From: Octopus vulgaris
Lineage: Eukaryota
Assembly: GCA_951406725.2 (NCBI GenBank)
Contig: OX597836.1
Coordinates: 12,648,001-12,712,000 of the forward strand
DNA: 64,000 nt
Direction: 5' to 3'
In this document: positions 41,829-55,844 of the stretch, one piece after another
How the letters are laid out: each line of letters opens with the position of its first letter
Numbering within the stretch: position 1 is the stretch's first letter
Notes under the pieces: generated by a model
Database searches by the model: none
What the model saw: the letters and a program-made list of their open reading frames with translations, nothing else
Told to the model about the DNA's origin: nothing
Made by a program: the position numbers and the translations under genes

Positions 41829-42502
41829 GTATATATCAAAAACCTTAGTTTGCATAAAACTTCAATGATTCCAGCTAGGATGCATACATGCAACACAATC
41901 ATAGACAACACGTGTACAAACATGTGTGTGTGTGTGTATACATGCATACATATGCATTTATTTATTCATATATATTCATATATTTATATACGTAAGTGTA
42001 TATATATATATGCAGAGACATATGTAGATGTATATGCAATGATAAATACATATGGATACATATATACATGTGCATATATACATATAGAAATATGTAGATA
42101 TACATACATACATACATATATACATATAGAAATATGTAGATATACATACATACATACATACATATAGAAATATGTAGATATACATACATACATACATACA
42201 TACATATAGAAATATGTAGATATACATACATACATACATACATACATATAGAAATATGTAGATATACATACATACATACATACATACATATATGTATATT
42301 ATTTTATTCTTTTACATGTTCCTCTCATTTGACTGCAGCCATGCTGGAGCACAGCTTTGAAGTGTTTTAGTAAAAGAAATCACCGCCAGGACTTATTCTT
42401 TGTAAGCCTAGTATTTATTTTATTGGTCACTTTTGCCAAACCGCTAAGTTACAGGGTCATAAACACACCAGTAGCAGGTGTCATGGGATGGTTGGAGAAC
42501 AT

Positions 42503-42554
<52 letters not shown>

Positions 42555-43108
42555 TCATCCAGTGTTTAAAATCTGGGTTTTGCCCCCATTAACAGGGATG
42601 GCTGGTTCTACCTCAATGCCATAGCAACCAAGGTAAGCAGGTGCAGCCCACCCCAACCTTTGGGCTGGCTGGTGTCCATTCTCCCTTGGTATCATGAGGT
42701 TTTTTGGAGCTGGATTTTCTATGGGGGAGCATCCCCTTGCTTATCCTAAACCTCAGTTTCTAGACATGAGTGGTCCTGAGACCAAGGCCTCTACCACGAT
42801 TTTTAAGTAATGCGGTGGAAAACTAGCTCAGGAAGGTAAGGACGCTACTTCCTGAGACCCCTTTCGGAGCCCCCCACCAACTCACCTATACAACAGATTT
42901 CTTTCAGTTTCTGTCTACCAGATCCACTCACAAGGCTTTGGTCGGCCAAAGACGTCACACAGTAGGATTAAATCTGGTACCATGTGTTTGAGAAGCAAGC
43001 TTCTTATCGCACAACAACACCTGGGTATATATATATTCATATATGATTGACCACTAGCCACTAAAGCTTTTTTATTCTCTCTCTCTCTCTCTCTATTTTC
43101 TTGTGATC

Positions 43109-43144
43109 CTTTCTGATGAAGAGCATAGGCTCGAAATGTAAAAG
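43109..43144 (+). ncRNA. Minimal type-I hammerhead, canonical core
   Basis: CUUU-CUGAUGA-A-GAGC-auag-GCUC-GAAAU-GUA-AAAG. Confidence 0.8.
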
Positions 43145-43234
43145 AATTTCTCACCTTCCTGAGCTTTAAACTAATACACCTGTTTGTTCATTATTTACAT
43201 TTGATGAATATTTTTCCTCACCTTGTTTGTTGTT

Positions 43235-43280
43235 AACACAACGTTTCGGCTGATATACCCTCCAGCCTTCATCAGGTGCC
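43235..43280 (-). ncRNA. Minimal type-I hammerhead, canonical core
   Basis: Minus strand: GGCAC-CUGAUGA-A-GGCUG-gaggguauau-CAGCC-GAAAC-GUU-GUGUU. Confidence 0.85.
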
Positions 43281-43419
43281 TTGGAGAAATTTCAAACCTG
43301 GGTTCTCATTCCTAAGGTATTTTTTGATGTTGTTGTTATTATTCAGGTTACTGCCTGGAATCTTGTGGTTAGTAGCCTGCTCTCTTAACCCCAAGATTAT
43401 GAATTTTATTCCAGGCAGT

Positions 43420-43538
43420 GAGGAGAAGAAGAAGAAGAAGAAGAAGAAGAAGAAGAAGAAGAAGAAGAAGAAGAAGAAGAAGAAGAAGAAGAAGAAGAAG
43501 AAGAAGAAGAAGAAGAAGAAGAACAACAACAACAACAA

Positions 43539-43603
<65 letters not shown>
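43420..43603. repeat. Stepwise compound (GAA)n-(CAA)n-(CAG)n
   Basis: Directly visible. Confidence 0.97.
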
Positions 43604-43604
<1 letters not shown>

Positions 43605-43664
43605 AAAATAACTTAATGATGAGAACTCAGGTTCAAAATTTCCCCAGACACCTGATGAAGGCTA

Positions 43665-43930
43665 CCCACATTTGCACCTCTTGCCATGATGTAGGTTCAT
43701 CTGGGACTCTCAACAGGAAGATGTCCAGCTTTAATTTTGAAAAGACCTACATCTACTTTGTGCAAGTTCCTCAGACTCTTTGGGAGAATATTAAAAAGCT
43801 GTGGGCCCTTGAAACCCAGGCTGTTGCAGTAGCTGGTCCTGAAACACGATGGCGTTGCTGGGATTTTTGGCACTATGCAGTGTCGTCCCGTTCTGGCATT
43901 GGTGTAGCTTTCAATGCCAAAATTTGGCAC
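43665..43930 (-). pseudogene. CR1/L2-group LINE ORF2 C-terminal fragment
   Basis: RTGRHCIVPKI...NSLGFKGPQLFNILPKSLRNL...FK, then after a frameshift LDIFLLRVPDEP. Confidence 0.75.
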
Positions 43931-44104
43931 AATTCCTTCCAGGATCTACCAGATGTATATTACTGCATACCTCTCCCGTCTTCTCTCCACGGAGTTGAGT
44001 CTTAGCTGTTTCAACCTTTCCCAGTGGCTGAGCAGTTGCGAAGAGACGAACTTGTCGTTTTTTTTCCCTCTGTCTTCCCTTCTCTGGATCTTTCCTTCTC
44101 CTAT

Positions 44105-44139
44105 GTTTCCGACGAAGAGCTCCGCTCGAAACGTTAAAC
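44105..44139 (+). ncRNA. Minimal type-I hammerhead, CCGACGA core variant, in a PLE-like unit (~44045-44240) ending in (TA)n
   Basis: GUUU-CCGACGA-A-GAGC-ucc-GCUC-GAAAC-GUU-AAAC; helices I and II perfect. Confidence 0.7.
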
Positions 44140-44232
44140 CCCCTTCTTTCCTTCTTTCCTGAGCGTCCAATAATACTATATTTGTTCCACGTCCTCGCGT
44201 TGTTGTGTTTTTTTGTGCTTTCTTGTTTGGAT

Positions 44233-44270
<38 letters not shown>

Positions 44271-44404
44271 GCAGGCAATGTATAGCTGTGTGGTAAGAAG
44301 TTTGCTTCTTTGAGGAAACCTGGAACAAAGTTCCCGGTTCCCTCTCATCCTTTCATAGATCGACGAATTCTGCTCCAATCAAGTGACAGAACTGAAAAAT
44401 CCCT

Positions 44405-44656
44405 GATGACGCCGACAACACTGACGACGACGATGACACCACTACCACCGCCACCACCGAACCACCACCACCACTGCTACCGTCACCACCACCACCACCA
44501 CCACTGCCACCGTCACCACCACCACCATCACCAACACCACCACCACCATCACCGCCGCTGCCACTACTGCCACCGCCGCCACCACCGCCGCCGCCGCCAC
44601 CACCACCACCACCACCATCGCCGCCCCCAACACCACCGCCGCCGCCGCCACCACTC
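44405..44656. repeat. (CAC/CGC)n GC-rich trinucleotide tract
   Basis: Directly visible. Confidence 0.95.
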
Positions 44657-45134
44657 ATCCCACAAAACTGCGGTCTTGTGCCAATGTTTTGTTTATTTAC
44701 TTCTTTCATTGAATAACCATATATTATTTTTCATTATCAGTTTACAGCTTATACATTGTGATGTTAATTTCACACAATTGATTACACCCCCCCAATCCTC
44801 GTCTCCACCCCCACTCCGACGCCACTCCATTAACCAATAATATCGATTTCTGATCTTACCTCCTCCTCCTCATCCTCTGCCTCTTCCACCGTCGATCTGG
44901 AAACTATCTCGGAAATCAATAATTGATAGTTAATACTCCGATGTTTACTGTGTTCCGTGTGCTGTGTGTGCTGATCAAGCCGACAAGAAAGGCAGCCTCA
45001 ATGTGGTCGTTGTGCAGGCTGGAGCTAGAAATAGCAGCCAAACCATACCTTTGCCACCTAAAAACATAAGAAAATAGGAATGAAAATATAATTCTATATA
45101 TATGTATATGTGAGTATTTATGTGTCTCTCTCTG

Positions 45135-45179
<45 letters not shown>

Positions 45180-45209
45180 GTACATATATATATATATACA
45201 TACATATGC

Positions 45210-45240
<31 letters not shown>

Positions 45241-45305
45241 CGGAGTAAACACATAAATGTGAAACAAGGTGGAAAAAAGAGTACTCAAATACCAGTGGTA
45301 GAGTA

Positions 45306-45395
45306 ATATGCTTTATTTTAAGCAGCAGAAAATTCAACAAAATATGTTACTCAGAGTAACAGATTTTGTTGAATTTTCTGCTGCTTAAAATAAAG

Positions 45396-45400
<5 letters not shown>
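45306..45400. repeat. 95-bp near-perfect palindrome
   Basis: 47-bp arms (45306-45352, 45354-45400) with 2 mismatches and a 1-nt centre, inside a TA-embedded unit from 45241. Confidence 0.95.
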
Positions 45401-45427
<27 letters not shown>

Positions 45428-45475
45428 TATCTCCATGTGTACATATATATATGTATATATATATATATATATACA

Positions 45476-45897
45476 CTAATAGTATAGCTCGGCATTGCTC
45501 AGGTTTGTTTTTTAGTTGTGCTTAAAACGGCAGACTTTGATGTCAAGTTAACAAAGTTTTGACATAGTTTCAGAAATTTTTGAAAAGCAAAAATTTTGCA
45601 TTATCTTTAAGTGAACATTTTTCTGGTTGAAATACACTGATAAATGGCGACACAGAAGTCAAAAAATCGTTAAAAATACAGATTTTCATAGAAAAAAATC
45701 ACCTTTTTGATGTAAATAATTTTTGGTCTTAACATGGTCTGATTTAAATTTTTTCTTCTACAGAATGAAGAGCAAGCCTTCTTCTATCATACTCTCAATT
45801 TTGGTCAACTTGTGCCGCAGGGTCTCGGAGGAGATAGTGTTAGTTGAAGGCTACCAAACCTGCCACACACAGACAACTTCAGCTTTATATGTATAGA
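45476..45897 (-). mobile_element. Helitron family 2, near full length
   Basis: Minus strand starts TCTATACATATAAAGCTGAAG and ends with a decayed hairpin and TTAG|T. Confidence 0.75.
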
Positions 45898-46267
45898 TAT
45901 ACATACATGTATATATATGTATATATAAATATACATGTATACACATACATATATTTATATATATATGCACACATATATAGATGCACACACACACACACAT
46001 ATACAGAAATCAAAATCAAATCAAATCACCATCAAATGGATATTGTAGTTTTGACCGATGCCAGTGCCACCTCACTGGCTCCTTTGCTGGTGGTATGCAA
46101 TAAGTACCATTCATGTGTGGATTGTTGCCAATGCTGCCTGACTGGTTCCTCGTGCCAGTGGCACATAAAAAGCACCATCTGAACATGGTCAAACCTTCCA
46201 ACCCATGCTAACATGGAAAACAGACATTAAACAATGATGACATACATATATATATGTATGTATATAT

Positions 46268-46475
46268 ACACAAACTGAAAGAAGCCCATCGTTTCAGTCA
46301 TTTGACTGTGGCCATGCTGGAGCACTGCCTTTAGTCGAACAAATCGACCCCCAGGACTTATTCGTTGTAAGTCAACTACTTATGCTATCAGTCTCTTTTG
46401 CAGAACTGCTAAGTTATGGGGATGTAAACACACCTACATCGGATGTCAAATGATGCTGGTGGGTGGGACACACAG

Positions 46476-46507
<32 letters not shown>

Positions 46508-47275
46508 CTTACCACACAGCCTCTCCTGCGCATATTCGGTAATTTTGCTTACGGTCAACCCGGGGCTATAGCAGAAGACACTTGCCCAAGATGCCACGCA
46601 GTGGGACTGAACCCGGAACCATGTGGTTGGTTAGCAAGCTACCTACCACACAGCCACTCCTGCGCCTATGTATGTATGTATGTATGTATGTATAGTGCAC
46701 AGATGAGACCCAGGATATTTTGAGTATAAAAGACTTTTAGTAGTGCTCAAAATATTCAGGCTTAGACTCCGAAGTCTTTACAGGGGATCAATTCCAGGGG
46801 GTAAAAAATGGCTAAAAGAGGGGTCGAGCTGGACAGAATATGAAGGCAATTATGTGGGGAAACAAATTAGATATATTAAATATAACAGTTTGGGTATGAA
46901 ATACAAAATATGTGTATATGTATACATGCAAAACAAGAGAAAGCTTAGGTGTGGTTGTGTGGTAAGAAGCTTGCATCTCAACCACATGGTTCTGGGTTCA
47001 GTCCCACTGTGTGGCACCTTGAGCCAGTGTCTTCCACTATAACCCCGGGCTGATCAAAGCCTTGTGATTGGATTTGGTAGACACAAACTGAAAGAAGCCC
47101 ATCGTTTCAGTCATTTGACTGTGGCCATGCTGGAGCACTGCCTTTAGTCAAACAAATCGACCCCCAGGACTTATTCGTTGTAAGTCAACTACTTATTCTA
47201 TCAGTCTCTTTTGCAGAACTGCTAAGTTATGGGGATGTAAACACACCTACATCGGATGTCAAATGATGCTGGTGG

Positions 47276-47311
<36 letters not shown>

Positions 47312-47350
47312 CTTTCCACACAGCCTCTCCTGCGCATATTCGGTAATTTT
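46268..47350. mobile_element. Cluster of family-1 SINE pieces with a duplicated +/- junction
   Basis: 46268-46550 and 47081-47350 share the same chimeric junction AAGCCCATCG|TTTCAGTCATTTGAC. Confidence 0.8.
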
Positions 47351-48165
47351 GTTTACGCAACAAGTGGCCTTCATCACACAAGATCTAAAACTCTGCAATG
47401 ATTTAACATACACATGCAAACACACACATATACATACAAACACGCACACACACACACACAAACGTGCATGATTGCTTTAGTTACAACAGACATCAAGTAA
47501 ATACATACATGTACATACACCTACATACATTCTTATACATATGCATGGCTATATATATATGTATATACACACACATACACACTCGCAAACATAAATAAAT
47601 ACATGTACATAAAAACACATACATACGCATACATACACATATATACATATACATACATATACATAGATATACATACAAGTACAAATGCATACATACAACC
47701 ATCCACATAAACAGAGCTATATAATCATTGCTGTCCCAAATACAACATGACCGACGCTGCCCACTGTCCATGTCCACCTAAGAAGCATTCCAGTCGATTC
47801 ACAAGGACATTCCAATTATATCAAGATTTATTCCGCTAGTAGCCAAATGTCCAAGGAAATTCTGATGTCTCTGTGTGTGTGTGTGTGTGTGTGTGTGTAG
47901 TGAAGGTATGTGGCCTAGTGGTTAGGTTGTTACACTCACAATAACTAGATCATGGGTTCAATTCCTTGACAGGGTGGTGTTTTGTGTTCTTGAGCAAAAC
48001 ACTTCATCAGCAGGGATTGTTGGCCTTCTCACCTATGTAGAGGGGTGGTGTCATTTGAAGGAAAATAAATTAATGCAAAAGCGCATTGTGACCAGCGATG
48101 TATGACAACATCTGATAACATGTTTGGTCACGTGGTCATGTGATATATATATATATGTGTGTATA

Positions 48166-48199
<34 letters not shown>

Positions 48200-48361
48200 T
48201 ATGTATATATATATATGTATATATACGTGTGTATATATATATGTATATATACGTGTGTATATATATATGTATATATATGTATATATATGTGTATATATAT
48301 ATATATGTGTATATATATATATATGTATATATATGTGTATGTATATATATGTATATATATG

Positions 48362-48392
<31 letters not shown>

Positions 48393-48483
48393 GTGTATAT
48401 ATATATATATGTGTGTGTGTATATATATATATGTGTGTATATATATATAGGTGTATATATGTATGATGATGATGATGATGATG

Positions 48484-48519
<36 letters not shown>

Positions 48520-48616
48520 ATGATGATGATGATGATATATATATGAGTAAATATGTGTATCTATACATGCACACACACGCACACACACATATATATATAT
48601 ATATATATCCATATAC

Positions 48617-49480
48617 ATCATCATCATCGTTTAACGTCCACTTTCCATGCTGGCATAGGTTGGATGGTTTGACTGAGGACTGGTGAGCCAGATGGCTGCA
48701 TCAGTCTCTAATCTGATCTAGCAGAGTTTCTAAAGCTGGATACCCTTCCTAACGCCAACCACTCCGAGAGTGTAGTGGGTGCTTTTGCATGCCACCAGCA
48801 TGGGGCCAGTCAGGCAGTACTGGCAATAGCCATGCTCAAATGGTGTTTTTTACGTGCCACCTGCACAGGAGCCAGTCCAGTGGCTCTGGATATGACCTCA
48901 CTCGAATGTTGTTTTTCATGTGCCAGTAAGGTGACGCTGGTAACGATCATGCTCAAATGGTGCTTTTTACATGCCACCAGCATGGGAGCCAGTCAGCAGC
49001 CCTGGCAACAATCACACTTGGAATATGCTCTTAGCGCTCTACGAGCATGGATGCCAGTCATGCAGTGCTGTCATCGAATTTGATTTCGATTTCACTTGCC
49101 TCAACAGATCTTTGCAAGCAGAGTTTAGTGTCCAATGAAGGAAAGGTATGCATAAGTGGGCTGGTTACACCACTGGCATAGCCCACAGGTTATGGTCTCA
49201 TTTGGCTTGCTGGGTTTTCTCAAGCACAGCATATTTCCAAAGGTCTCGGTTACTAGTCATTGCTTTAGTGAGGCCCAACGTTCAAAGGTCGTGCTTGACC
49301 ACTTCATCCCAGGTCTTCCTGGGTCTACCTCTTCCACAGGTTCCCTCAACCGCTAGGGTGTGACACTTTATCCCACAGCTGTCCTCATCCATTCTCACCA
49401 CATGATCATGCGCAGTCGTCTCTCTTGCACACCACATCTGATGCTTCTTAGGTCCAACTTTTCTCTCAAGGCACTTACAG
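48617..49480 (-). mobile_element. 5'-truncated RTE LINE
   Basis: HVVRMDEDSC..KCHTLAVEGTCGRGRPRKTWDEVVKHDL plus 3' UTR and (GAT)n tail. Confidence 0.88.
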
Positions 49481-49655
49481 TATATATGTAGGTATACACA
49501 CACACATATATATGTGTGTATGTATAAAATATAAATTAGAGATAAAACCACGATCATGCAACTCAAAATATTTATATTTTATATATATATACTGTGAAAT
49601 TTGATTTATACTAAATTGAATTTTTCCCTGTAAGTTTGGCGTTATACTCCCTAAT

Positions 49656-49711
<56 letters not shown>

Positions 49712-49933
49712 TGCTATCACCATCATCATTGCCTTCATTCTTACTCTTCTTCTTCCCCTCCTCTTCATCATCGTCATATATATATATCATATATACATAC
49801 ATCATATACATATATACACACATATATATTCATATATACACACATATATACACACATCATCATCTCATATATATATACACACACACATATATATACACAC
49901 ACGCACACACACACACATATATATACACACACA

Positions 49934-50011
<78 letters not shown>

Positions 50012-50052
50012 ATCCTCCTTGTCCACCTCTTTATCATCATCATCATGATCAT

Positions 50053-50081
50053 CTTCGAGCCTATGCTCTTTAGCAGAAAGG
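50053..50081 (-). ncRNA. Decayed, truncated hammerhead of the GAGC/GCUC family
   Basis: Minus strand: CCUUU-CUGCUAA-A-GAGC-auag-GCUC-GAAG; helix III and 3' strand missing. Confidence 0.5.
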
Positions 50082-50563
50082 AACATGAAGAAATAAACAG
50101 AAAGAGAATTAAAAAAACCTTGCGGAGTTAAAAAAAGGGGAGAGAGAGAAAGGCAAAGTAATCGCATACGGAGTAACTATCCAGGCCTGTAATTATACAG
50201 TACGTTGAAGAAATCAACACAATGCTAGGATACCACTCAAGTGTGACGTCGTAATTAAAGACGGCAGCGAATCCAGTCTCCGGAATGTTCTTGGTGAGAT
50301 CTACAGCTTAGAAAGCTTTTAGCCAAGTTCCACCATCACTATACTTCATGGTCAGCTTAGAAATGCATGAGTGCACGTGTGCCAGTGTAGGTATGGGTGT
50401 ATATGTATGCATGGGTGTATTTTACACATGCACACATACATATATAATGTATATACATACATACATGTATATATAAAAATATATATATATATATAACTAT
50501 CTATATATACACATATCTATATACATAAATATATACATATATATATACATATGTATATATACT

Positions 50564-50594
<31 letters not shown>

Positions 50595-50648
50595 TTATAT
50601 ACATATTTTTTTCTAGTTTCAGCTCAGAGCTGCGGCCATATACATATT

Positions 50649-50688
<40 letters not shown>

Positions 50689-50816
50689 CATACATATATA
50701 TTCATATATACACACACACACATATATATTCATATAACACACGCACACACACACACATATATATACACACACGCACACACACACACATATATATATACAT
50801 ATACACACACATATTA

Positions 50817-51222
50817 TATACTTCCTAAACATGGATTACATATATTTATTCATAGCCACAATGCATTTTTCATTACAATTATAAATTCCCTGCTGCCAAG
50901 TTTTCACATTTATGTAATTTCAGATGAGTTTGTTATAATTTATTTAGAATCTCTGTTAAAAGTTACAAGTTTCTTACATTCATTCAACAGCTGAAACAAG
51001 AGGTTAACGATCTCTGATGAGGCAGTAACAGAGAACAAAACTAATTGTTTTCATCGTCTCTCATCTGATCGTCAGAGCACATCTTGTTTAGCTGTAGGTT
51101 ATATACTCCGACAATGAAACTAAATCTATGATTATCTTTTATAAAACATATCTAGTATATGACGGTTTTTGTGAGTATAATGAGGCATGTGATGTGTGTG
51201 TGTGTTTGTGTGTGTGTATATA

Positions 51223-51294
<72 letters not shown>

Positions 51295-51562
51295 CATATA
51301 CATAAATGTACATATATACATATATATATGTATATATACACACGTTCATTTATAGATAGATTGATATACATTTACATATATATATATATACATAGACACA
51401 AACATATCTACTCTTGTATGGACATATATATATATATATATATACTCATATGCATACATGTATAGATACATATATACATACATATATATATACACAGCCA
51501 CACACACACATATATTATAGATATAGATAGGTATGGTATACATGTATATGGCTATATGTTTA

Positions 51563-51622
<60 letters not shown>

Positions 51623-51709
51623 TGGAGTTGAACAAAGATGTTAATAAAATTCTTTTACTTTCGACATTTTCCGTGTTAACAGTAAACATAGGATAATTCA
51701 TCCACCCAT

Positions 51710-51778
<69 letters not shown>

Positions 51779-52142
51779 CTTCCTAAACATGGATTACATA
51801 TATTTATTCATAACTACAATGCATTTTTCATTATAATTATAAATTCCCTGCTGCCAAGTTTTCACATTTATGTAATTTCAGATGAGTTTGTTATTATTTA
51901 TTTAGAATCTCTGTTAAAAGTTACAAGTTTCTTACATTCATTCAACAGCTGAAACAAGAGGTTAACGATCTCTGATGAGGCAGTAACAGAGAACAAAACT
52001 AATTGTTTTCATCGTCTCTCATCTGATCGTCAGAGCACATCTTGTTTAGCTGTAGGTTATATACTCCGACAATGAAACTAAATCTATGATTATCTTTATA
52101 AAACATATCTAGTATATGACGGTTTTTGTGAGTATAATGAGT
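50817..52142. repeat. Two near-identical ~370-bp units (50817-51185, 51775-52142), each containing a ~110-nt hairpin
   Basis: Direct repeat with 958-bp offset, bounded by TA/TG tracts. Confidence 0.92.
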
Positions 52143-52482
52143 GTGTGTGTGTGTTTGTTTGCATGTGTGTATACATGAATGCATGAACATGTGTGTATCC
52201 TTGTTTCTTTCTCTTTCTGCATTTCTTTATATATATATACACACACACACACACAACTACCACACATGAACATATATACATGCACACAGACATTTGTGAC
52301 CGGAAGAATAAAGAGGGCTTTACCCCTAAAAAAGCTACAATATGATGATAAAATAGCCAGCCAGTCATGGATATATATAAATATATATACGTGTAGAATG
52401 CAATAAAACACGTGTAGAATGCAATAAAACGATTTCTGTTCAATCTTCGTTCAACTCCATTTCTTCAATTCACTAATAATAT

Positions 52483-52538
<56 letters not shown>

Positions 52539-52751
52539 CGTGTGTGTATGTATGTATGTATATCAGTGAATGGCGTACCAGCAAAGGAAAATTGATCATG
52601 TGATATCTGTCCCCTTGTCAATCATTAATTAATATTATGCAGAATACATATTCACCTGACACTTTACTCTAAAGCATGTGTATATTGAGTTCTAACAACT
52701 GGATATTGGTAATGCCATGCCTAAACAAAATCATTACAAACATATATGTAC

Positions 52752-52786
<35 letters not shown>

Positions 52787-53504
52787 CAGAGAGAGAGAGA
52801 GTGACATGTATCTTTATATATACATACAAATATATATATCTATACATACATATATACACATATGCATACATACATATATATATAGATACATATACATATA
52901 TATATACAGATACATATACATATATATATACAGATACATATACATATATATATACAGATACATATATACATATATATATATATATACATACATACATACA
53001 TATATAGATAGATACATATACATACATACATATATATATAGATACATATACATACATACATATATATATAGATACATATACACATATATACATATATACA
53101 TATATACATATACACATATATACATATACATACATATACACATATATACATATACACATATATACATACACATATATATACATATATATAAATACATATA
53201 CATACATACATATATACATATGCATACACACACCTATACACACTGGTACATACAGCTGTATGTAAGTATGTATGTTTCTCCGACTCTATAAGTATTGAAC
53301 ATTGTAAAGTCTTGACTTAAAGACACCCACTCCATTCAATCAATACAGTTTTGATCGATTCTTTACTGACTGGGGAATAATATTGGCGATGTGGAGCAAA
53401 CTGCAGATAATACGATCAATAAAGAATACCATATTGAATATGGAATGAGGGAAACGTGGGGGGTGGTGGTGGTGGTGGTGGTGGTGGTGGCTGATTTGAT
53501 GACA

Positions 53505-54270
53505 ACGATGATGAAGAAGAAGAATTGAAGAAGAAGGAGAATTGAAGAAGAACAATTGAAGGAGAGGAAGGATTGTAGAAGAAGAAAAAGAAGAAGAATT
53601 GAAGAACAACAACAACAACAACTGAAGAAGAAGAATTGAAAAAGAAGAATTAAAGAAGTAGAAGGAAAAGAATTGAAGAAGAAGAATTGAAGAAGAAGAA
53701 GAATCGTAGAAGAAAAGAATTGAAGATGAAAAAGAAGAATTAAAGAAGATGAAAAAGAGGAAGAAAAAGAATCGAAGATGAAGAAGAGTTGAAGAAAACG
53801 AAGAAGATAATGAAAAAGAACTGAAGAATTGCAGAAAAAAAATTGAAGAAGAAGAATCGAAGAAGAAAGAGAAGAATTGAAGAAGTGGAAGAAGAAAAGG
53901 AAGAACTGAAGAAGAATTGAAGAAGAAAAAAAGAACAACAACAAGAACTGAAGAAGAAGAATTGAAAAAGAAGAATCGAAGAAGAATTAAAGAAGAAAAA
54001 TTGAAGAAGAAGAAGAAGAAAAAGAAGAAGAAGAAGAAAAAGAAGAAGAAGAAGAAGAATTGAAGAAGTGGAAGAAGAAAAGGAAGAACTGAAGAAGAAT
54101 TGAAGAAGAAGACAAAGAAGAAGAAGAAGAAGAAGAAGAAGAAGAAGAAGAAGAAGAAGACGAAGAAGAAGAAGAATTGAAGAAGAAGAAGAGGAAGATT
54201 TGAAGAAATGGAAGAAGAAGAAGAATTGAAGAAGGAAGAGAAGGTGAAGGTGTAGAAAAGGAAGGAAGGA
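53505..54270. repeat. Degenerate (GAA)n purine tract with recurrent GAATT interruptions
   Basis: Directly visible, ~770 bp. Confidence 0.95.
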
Positions 54271-54701
54271 AACCAAGAACTCAGTGACAGCCACCATGAC
54301 GACAACAACAACAACTACAACAAGCATTACAACTACCATGACCACCTCAGCAGTCGCCACCACCACCACCACAAGCACAACGCCAAAGATGATGATGATG
54401 ATGACGCTGACGATGGTAACGATGATGACACAAAGCTCAGTGAACCAGGGAATTCACTGCTTATCATGCTTCGACCTACTCAGAAACATATTTGCCTGAA
54501 TGGGAAACATTGCAAATGATATTTGCATAGAAATCATCGGTGGACTTGTGGAACGGGATTATTTTATCTCAAAGAAGCATTCAATCCGAAAAGAGCAATA
54601 TCTTCCGTGAGCCGTAATTTGTTGGGTTTTGAGGGGAAGATTTTTTTTGTTTCTATATTTTTGCATTAATTTTATTTTTTTGTTCTTTCTTCGTTGTAGT
54701 A

Positions 54702-54734
<33 letters not shown>

Positions 54735-55844
54735 GTTGTTGTTGCTGTTATTGTAATTATTATCATCATTATTATTATTATGATTATTATTATTATTGCT
54801 ATTAGCTTTGCTTGGTTTGGTTTGTTTTCTGTTGTACGTGTGTGTGTGTATATGTTTCTGCTTGTGTGTGTACTTGAGTATTTATATATGTATATATGTG
54901 TGTGTGTGTGTGTTGTATAGTACACATATAAGTATCTTTGGGCGGGTATTTGTAGTATTATCTCTTCTCTCTCTCTGTTATATATACAGACACATATATA
55001 CACATACACACATATATACACATACATACATATATATATATATATATACATACATATATACATGTATATATATATATACATATATATAAACACACATATA
55101 CATATATACACATATACATATATATATACATATATACACACACATACATATATATATACATATATACACACACATACATATATATATATACATATATACA
55201 CACACATATACATATATATATATACATATACACACACACATATACATATATATATATATATATACATATATACACACACATATACATATATATATATATA
55301 CACACACATATACATATATATACACACGCATATACATATATATATATATATACATATATACACACACATATACATTTATACACACACACACACACACACA
55401 CATATATACACACACACATATATACACACACACACACATATATATATACACACACATATATATATATACACACATACACACACACACATATATATATATA
55501 TATACGCATATACATATATATATACACACATACATATATATATATCAAATTCGCTGACGTGGCAGATGACAGCACCGCCTGACTGGCATCTGTGCTAGTG
55601 GAACATTAAGAGCACCATCCAAGTGTGATCATTGCACTGCTAACACAGTAGAACACGGAATTGACTTACAAAAACGTTTAATATACTTTGTGGTGTATAA
55701 TGATTGCATAACAAAATGCTGCATCCCTACAAGTCATTAGTATGTAGGTAACAAGTTCGGTATGGACTAAGGTTAATGTAGAAGAAATTCTGTGTCATGA
55801 CAGAACAACAGGTTGATTGAAATTTGGGATAAGATCCCCACTAT

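Noticed and set aside
43418-44005. 195-aa poly-R/T/A ORF
   Set aside because: Trinucleotide repeats plus the antisense of a CR1/L2 fragment.
44310-44840. His-rich 176-aa or Gly-rich ORF
   Set aside because: Product of a (CAC/CGC)n tract with no splice or domain support.
51621-52461. 19-bp inverted match AATGGAGTTGAAC(A/G)AAGAT as TIRs of a transposon carrying the duplicated hairpin
   Set aside because: The matches are internal to two separate short TA-embedded fragments and there is no TSD; more likely independent pLTR remnants.
54511-54528. Inverted octamer-like pair TGCAAAT-GAT-ATTTGCAT
   Set aside because: A single short motif in AT-rich DNA cannot be distinguished from chance.
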